Assembly: GCF_000007005.1 (NCBI RefSeq)
Contig: NC_002754.1
DNA: 64,000 nucleotides
From: Saccharolobus solfataricus P2
Lineage (GTDB): Archaea > Thermoproteota > Thermoprotei_A > Sulfolobales > Sulfolobaceae
Strand: one strand, 5' to 3'
Below are positions 58,401 through 64,000 of this stretch, in pieces. Each line of letters begins with the position of its first letter. The first letter of the stretch is position 1. Under the pieces are notes generated by a model. It made no database searches. It saw only the letters and a program-made list of their open reading frames with translations, and was not told where the DNA came from. The translations under genes were made by a program, and so were the position numbers.

Positions 58401-61400
58401 GAAAGTCTGTCAGTAGCACAAATAATTTTGTTCTCATAAATAGTGATTAATCCCAAAAGGAATTGAAAGCGCCCATAGGACGGGATTTAGATTTCTTGTA
58501 GGATTTGTTTGATTAATCCCAAAAGGAATTGAAAGGTAAGGGGGCTATCCATCCCCGCCCGTGAGGCTTTCCGCCCGATTAATCCCAAAAGGAATTGAAA
58601 GTGAATCGTTATGGGCTTAGTTAATTCCGTAGTTAAACCGATTAATCCCAAAAGGAATTGAAAGAACTTAAAGTTGTTATACGTCATTGGAATAACATTC
58701 ATTGATTAATCCCAAAAGGAATTGAAAGTTTACGATATTCACGTCGACAGATACCCTTACTGCTGATCGATTAATCCCAAAAGGAATTGAAAGATAGAAT
58801 TGCATCAGACAGCTTTCATACCTCCGCATCTGATTAATCCCAAAAGGAATTGAAAGTGAATAGCAACATCGTGTAACCTCATCCTCAGCCTTCGATTAAT
58901 CCCAAAAGGAATTGAAAGTCTTTCGCTCCTTGCACTAGTTTTTCATTTTGCTCGATTAATCCCAAAAGGAATTGAAAGATATCCAACGCTTGAAGTAATA
59001 TTTGAATGTCAATACTTTGATTAATCCCAAAAGGAATTGAAAGATGCATTCCACCTCTGTTTCTTCCTCTTTACGCATTTCTGATTAATCCCAAAAGGAA
59101 TTGAAAGCTCTATATTCTACTATCCTCCCTCTCTGCTCTGGCGGATTAATCCCAAAAGGAATTGAAAGATCTCTGATTTCTCAGTTCTCTAATTCCGAAT
59201 ACTACATGATTAATCCCAAAAGGAATTGAAAGTAAAACTGCTCAAAAATGCTAGAATTATAATTATGGCTATGGATTAATCCCAAAAGGAATTGAAAGAT
59301 TTTGAATGTTACGACTCTCGTCATTTTTCCACCTCTTCTGATTAATCCCAAAAGGAATTGAAAGGGAGTAATCTTTCCAGTCAAAAGACTTTCAGCCCTC
59401 GATTAATCCCAAAAGGAATTGAAAGTTTATAAGCTTCAATAGAGCTTTATCTTGAGCAATCGATTAATCCCAAAAGGAATTGAAAGATAAATGGTACGTC
59501 TTCAGGCGGAAAGCCTTCCATTTGTGATTAATCCCAAAAGGAATTGAAAGATATTACCTTGCTGGATAAAGTTAATGATTTCATGATTAATCCCAAAAGG
59601 AATTGAAAGATCTTTAATAAATCCTCCTTTATTCTCATGTAATGCATGATTAATCCCAAAAGGAATTGAAAGTTATATTACGATAAAAGTGCCAGATATG
59701 GTTGTTGGCATTGATTAATCCCAAAAGGAATTGAAAGCCCACCAGAAAAAAAGAAGGGTGGGGGGCAAGGGCCCCGGGATTAATCCCAAAAGGAATTGAA
59801 AGGCATATATTATTGGCTGAGGTAAGGTCGGCATATCTGTCGGATTAATCCCAAAAGGAATTGAAAGCCATCCAAGCCTTGATTTGATATTCCTTTTAAT
59901 GTCTGCGATTAATCCCAAAAGGAATTGAAAGTTCATTATCCTCAATTTTTTCTATACCCTTGTTGTTCATTGATTAATCCCAAAAGGAATTGAAAGCCCC
60001 ACTGGAATGCACCATTTCTTGCAAGTAATACATTTGATTAATCCCAAAAGGAATTGAAAGATGCAGTTTGGCCTAAAGGAATATATACGTTAATGTCTGC
60101 GATTAATCCCAAAAGGAATTGAAAGCCATTATTCGGCACTGCATTTAATTGAAGCACTATACTGATTAATCCCAAAAGGAATTGAAAGAATATTTTGAAT
60201 ATTTGTACACCCATATGAAAAACGCAGGATTAATCCCAAAAGGAATTGAAAGTATCTCTTATTCGTAAGGGTTAAAACAAAATTATCTTGATTAATCCCA
60301 AAAGGAATTGAAAGTATATTGATGAGTCGAAGAATCTGATGAAGAACTTCCTTGGATTAATCCCAAAAGGAATTGAAAGTTTTTATTTAAGAACACTGAT
60401 GGAAAGATCTATAGGATTAATCCCAAAAGGAATTGAAAGACCCATATTGAAGAGTTTGAGCATAAAAATGATTCTAGATTAATCCCAAAAGGAATTGAAA
60501 GTTCTCAATTGCCTTTCCCACGATAACCTCAATCCAGTAGGATTAATCCCAAAAGGAATTGAAAGGAACGAACATGGTAAGCCCTGAGGACCTTGAAAAC
60601 GATGGATTAATCCCAAAAGGAATTGAAAGCTCAGCAGATTTAAACTAACGATATTAATTGTACACACTGGATTAATCCCAAAAGGAATTGAAAGTTAAGT
60701 TGTTTTGCTCTATTTAAAACAAAAATAATCCAAGATTAATCCCAAAAGGAATTGAAAGCAAGTGCAATAGCAAACTACTACTAAATATAACATATATGAT
60801 TAATCCCAAAAGGAATTGAAAGCTATATGGGGTCAGGGTGGAACTAAAATCGTGGCTTTAGATTAATCCCAAAAGGAATTGAAAGCTTACTTAAGCCTAA
60901 TATCTCCGCAACTTCATCAATAGTGATTAATCCCAAAAGGAATTGAAAGGAACTCTCTATTGCTGACGAACTAAGAGAAAATTGTTTCAAGATTAATCCC
61001 AAAAGGAATTGAAAGTCTAACAATGAATCTGTCATAAAGTGCCCGCAACTCTTGATTAATCCCAAAAGGAATTGAAAGAGATTATCAATCAAGTGATAGA
61101 GATATTGCAATTTTGATTAATCCCAAAAGGAATTGAAAGTGTTAGATACGGCAAGGCAAAGATTACAAACAAGGATGTGATTAATCCCAAAAGGAATTGA
61201 AAGAAAATGGTGCTTATCGCTATTAGGTAGTCGGCGTTGTTTGATTAATCCCAAAAGGAATTGAAAGACTACTCTTACTTTTTGCATTCCTTTTGGAGTA
61301 GGCGATTAATCCCAAAAGGAATTGAAAGTATTTACGTGCATAAAGAACATACCTCCAGCGCCTCCTCGATTAATCCCAAAAGGAATTGAAAGTCGTAAAC

Positions 61401-61959
61401 TTGAAACTGACCCGTATATCCGAATTTACGATTAATCCCAAAAGGAATTGAAAGGTATTATTCTCATAATAGGAACCGCCCTAGTGTATGCTAGATTAAT
61501 CCCAAAAGGAATTGAAAGCGTGATTACATGGAACATTACTTTTCCACCGAATATTGATTAATCCCAAAAGGAATTGAAAGTTTATGTTTTCGAGTTCTTC
61601 TGGTCTTAACATCACTCTAGATTAATCCCAAAAGGAATTGAAAGGTCAGTTATACGCTACATATGAAAAGATAAATGAAGGATTAATCCCAAAAGGAATT
61701 GAAAGATCTCTCTTAGTTTTGTCAAAGCTTCTGACCCGCTCCTGATTAATCCCAAAAGGAATTGAAAGTCTATCTTTATTGTTACAACTTTTGCATACGA
61801 CATAATTTGATTAATCCCAAAAGGAATTGAAAGTCCTCTATCATCTCCTTTAAGCACTGTGTAATCTCACTTGATTAATCCCAAAAGGAATTGAAAGTAA
61901 TACTGCAGTAACGGTACAAGTCATTGACAGCGCTGATTAATCCCAAAAGGAATTGAAAG
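55466..61959 (+). CRISPR. CRISPR array: 103 repeats of GATTAATCCCAAAAGGAATTGAAAG (25 bp), 102 spacers
   Basis: Counted by hand; first repeat 55466, last 61935-61959; no degenerate repeat noticed. Confidence 0.99.
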
Positions 61960-62457
61960 ATATGGTATTCAGTAAATTCATGCTATAGTCAATTTCTTAG
62001 TAAGTGCGAAGAGAAATAGCTTTTGTCTATACAAAGAATACCAGTTAAATCCCTTAACCCACTTATTTCCAACATTCCCCATTTAATAGCCCTTTTTATT
62101 TCTTTGCAATTATTACGAAAAAGACTATATTTGCAAGTGCTCAAATGTTTCACGTCAAGAATCCGCAACTAACCCGTTCCCTAAGAACTAAGTATATTTT
62201 ACACTTCTTTAAACTAATGGCTTACCATTGTTTGATGATGTGCATATCAAGTTATGATAAATCTTATAATGAGAATTCCAGCAAATTAAAAGAAGGCATT
62301 ACATGCCTCGCCTCTAACAGACCTGAGTTCGCAACTGTAGGAAGGAATTTTGAGGGAAGTGAGGATATGGAAACAATATGTTTCCTTTTTGGCTACGTTA
62401 CGATGAGAGTTACTTGAGATAAAAGAGTTATTAGTTTGCATTGTCTATCTATATAAT

Positions 62458-63333
62458 GTGTTCTTTACTCATTCAGATATGCTGTTGCTTTCAAAGAGGA
62501 TAAAGAAGTTACCTAAGAACGTGGATGAGGAGCTGAGGGGATGGAATTGGAGCGAACCACCAGTTTACACTAGGTCCCTTTCACAGGTATCAATTTCCGA
62601 AATGGTTTACTGTAGTACTCTGAGGAACGTTTACCTTAAGGTAAAGGGCTTTAGGGGAGAAATAGGTAGGCAAATACTTCAAGGTTCACTTATCCACACG
62701 ATTTACGCTATTGGCATTGAAGCAATCAAACGTTTTATTTATTCAAGGGAAAGCATTGATGGGAGTACTCTGAGAACGCTAATGGGAGATGAGTTTTACT
62801 CCCTACTTAAGGACTTAAGGGAGGAAGAGGGGATTTACGCAAAGGTCTTATGGGATCACATTACGAACATTTATTCAGCTGAACTGGATAGGGTTAGGAG
62901 TAAGTTCACTAACTTAACTAGGGATTCCTTGGTCTCCCAAGTTGTGCCGTTTTACGTTGAGTTTCCAGTTGATGGTTCCCTTCTGGGCTTGACCAATTTA
63001 AGGGTCGACGCCTTTATCCCTCACCTTCCCCTAATAGCGGAAATGAAGACTGGGAAATACAGATACACTCACGAGTTGTCCCTTGCAGGATACGCTTTGG
63101 CAATTGAGAGCCAGTACGAGATACCCATTGATTTTGGTTACTTGTGTTATGTTACTGTGACTGAAAAGGAGGTTAAGAATAACTGCAAGCTGATTCCCAT
63201 TTCAGATTCCTTGAGGAGTGAGTTCTTGGACATGAGGGATAAGGCTCAAGACATAATGGATAAGGGTGTGGATCCTGGGATAGCTAAGGATTGTGAGAGT
63301 GATTGCATGTTTTATAAGGTTTGTCACCCTTAA
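62458..63333 (+). CDS. csa1: Csa1 (Cas4-like adaptation protein)
   Basis: YCSTLRN, RVDAF, AEMKTG, LAGYALAIE, C-x3-C-x2-C..C Fe-S cluster; 291 aa. Confidence 0.9.
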   Translation: MFFTHSDMLLLSKRIKKLPKNVDEELRGWNWSEPPVYTRSLSQVSISEMVYCSTLRNVYLKVKGFRGEIGRQILQGSLIHTIYAIGIEAIKRFIYSRESIDGSTLRTLMGDEFYSLLKDLREEEGIYAKVLWDHITNIYSAELDRVRSKFTNLTRDSLVSQVVPFYVEFPVDGSLLGLTNLRVDAFIPHLPLIAEMKTGKYRYTHELSLAGYALAIESQYEIPIDFGYLCYVTVTEKEVKNNCKLIPISDSLRSEFLDMRDKAQDIMDKGVDPGIAKDCESDCMFYKVCHP

Positions 63334-63340
63334 TGTATTA

Positions 63341-63898
63341 ATGACAATAAGTGGGATTACGATAAAGCACTTCGCCTATTGTCCTCAAATAGTTAGGATA
63401 GAGAGCATGGGGTTCACTGAGAGAGTGAGCGAGGCCATGATTGAGGGGGAACAAGTCGAGAAAGATAAGGTTATGAACTTCCTTTACGCTACGTTAAAAC
63501 CGTTGAATGTTGTGGGAAAACCGATCTTTAGGTATGGGGACTTGATCGGTTCACCGGACTACGTTTTGATTTACCCAAATCACTGGGTTCCACTTGACGT
63601 TAAGAGTGGGAGGAAGAGGTATGATCACAAGTTGCAAATGAAGTATTACCTTTACTTAATGGACATGAATGGGATTAACGTGAAGGAGGGGTTACTGTAT
63701 TACGTTAGCCTTAAGGAAATGGTTAGGTTAGAGTACAATTACGCTGAGAAGAGGTATGTGGAGAAGGTTTTGAGTAAGATAAGGGAAGCCATAAACGGTA
63801 AGGTGAGGGTTGTTCAAGACGCGAGGAAGTGCTATAATTGTGGATTTTTCGTCTATTGTAAACCTAAAATAAAGGGAAATTTAGCTTATGTTGATTGA
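63341..63898 (+). CDS. cas4: Cas4 nuclease
   Basis: ITIKHFAYCPQ, GSPDY, PLDVKSG, QMKYY, KCYNCGFFVYC; ATG at 63341 is the likely start. Confidence 0.92.
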   Translation: MTISGITIKHFAYCPQIVRIESMGFTERVSEAMIEGEQVEKDKVMNFLYATLKPLNVVGKPIFRYGDLIGSPDYVLIYPNHWVPLDVKSGRKRYDHKLQMKYYLYLMDMNGINVKEGLLYYVSLKEMVRLEYNYAEKRYVEKVLSKIREAINGKVRVVQDARKCYNCGFFVYCKPKIKGNLAYVD

Positions 63899-64000
63899 GA
63901 AAAAGCATACTAAAACGTATTAGCATTTGAAGATATATACATACTAAGCAGATTGTTGATAGGAAAGGAATATTATTGGGTAAAACTGGTTTTTGAATAA

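Noticed and set aside
59487-59525. Spacer 64 contains GGCGGAAAGCCT like the IS605 left end
   Set aside because: Only 12 nt; its reverse complement reads as plausible coding sequence (QMEGFPPEDVPF), so probably chance.
59868-60100. Spacers 70 and 73 share the 3' 11-mer TTAATGTCTGC; spacers 14 and 15 share GTATCGCAGA
   Set aside because: Too short to separate from chance without a protospacer search.
55506-61857. ORFs inside the CRISPR array (FQFLLGLI / LSIPFGIN repeats)
   Set aside because: They are translations of the repeat, not genes.
62145-62417. 90-aa ORF between the array and csa1
   Set aside because: No recognisable motif or convincing start; may be non-coding or a decayed fragment.
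63888-64000. Possible gene after cas4
   Set aside because: The ATG frame stops after 11 codons and the window ends; cannot be called.

Overview
AT-rich Sulfolobales chromosome segment. Gene content, IS/MITE types and a 103-repeat CRISPR array match what I recall of Saccharolobus solfataricus around CRISPR locus A; no database search was run. Left part (1-28 kb): metabolic and transport genes (acyl-CoA synthetase cut by an IS605 element, CoA-transferase, MFS/MarR, GH116, GH12, M20 carboxypeptidase, GT2, E1 alpha/beta) densely interspersed with IS elements and MITEs, plus a stand-alone CARF-PIN gene. Middle (30-42 kb): a cluster bracketed by two paralogous HTH-like genes. It holds two surface proteins, a ~1037-aa membrane-anchored tubulin/FtsZ-family GTPase split by an IS (frame restored exactly when the IS is removed) and an 831-aa membrane partner. 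Right part (42-64 kb): a tnpB-less IS605 MITE that keeps the omegaRNA end, a frameshifted cas6, a second cas6 fragment, PaREP1, nested IS/MITEs, an IS110 with a bridge-RNA-like leader, a 1031-aa tandem P-loop ATPase, csx1, the leader, the array (103 repeats, 102 spacers), csa1 and cas4. Best leads: the tubulin-like operon, spacer 49 matching an IS605 left end present in this window, and the CARF-PIN gene. IS/MITE names are assigned from recalled size and end structure and are provisional.
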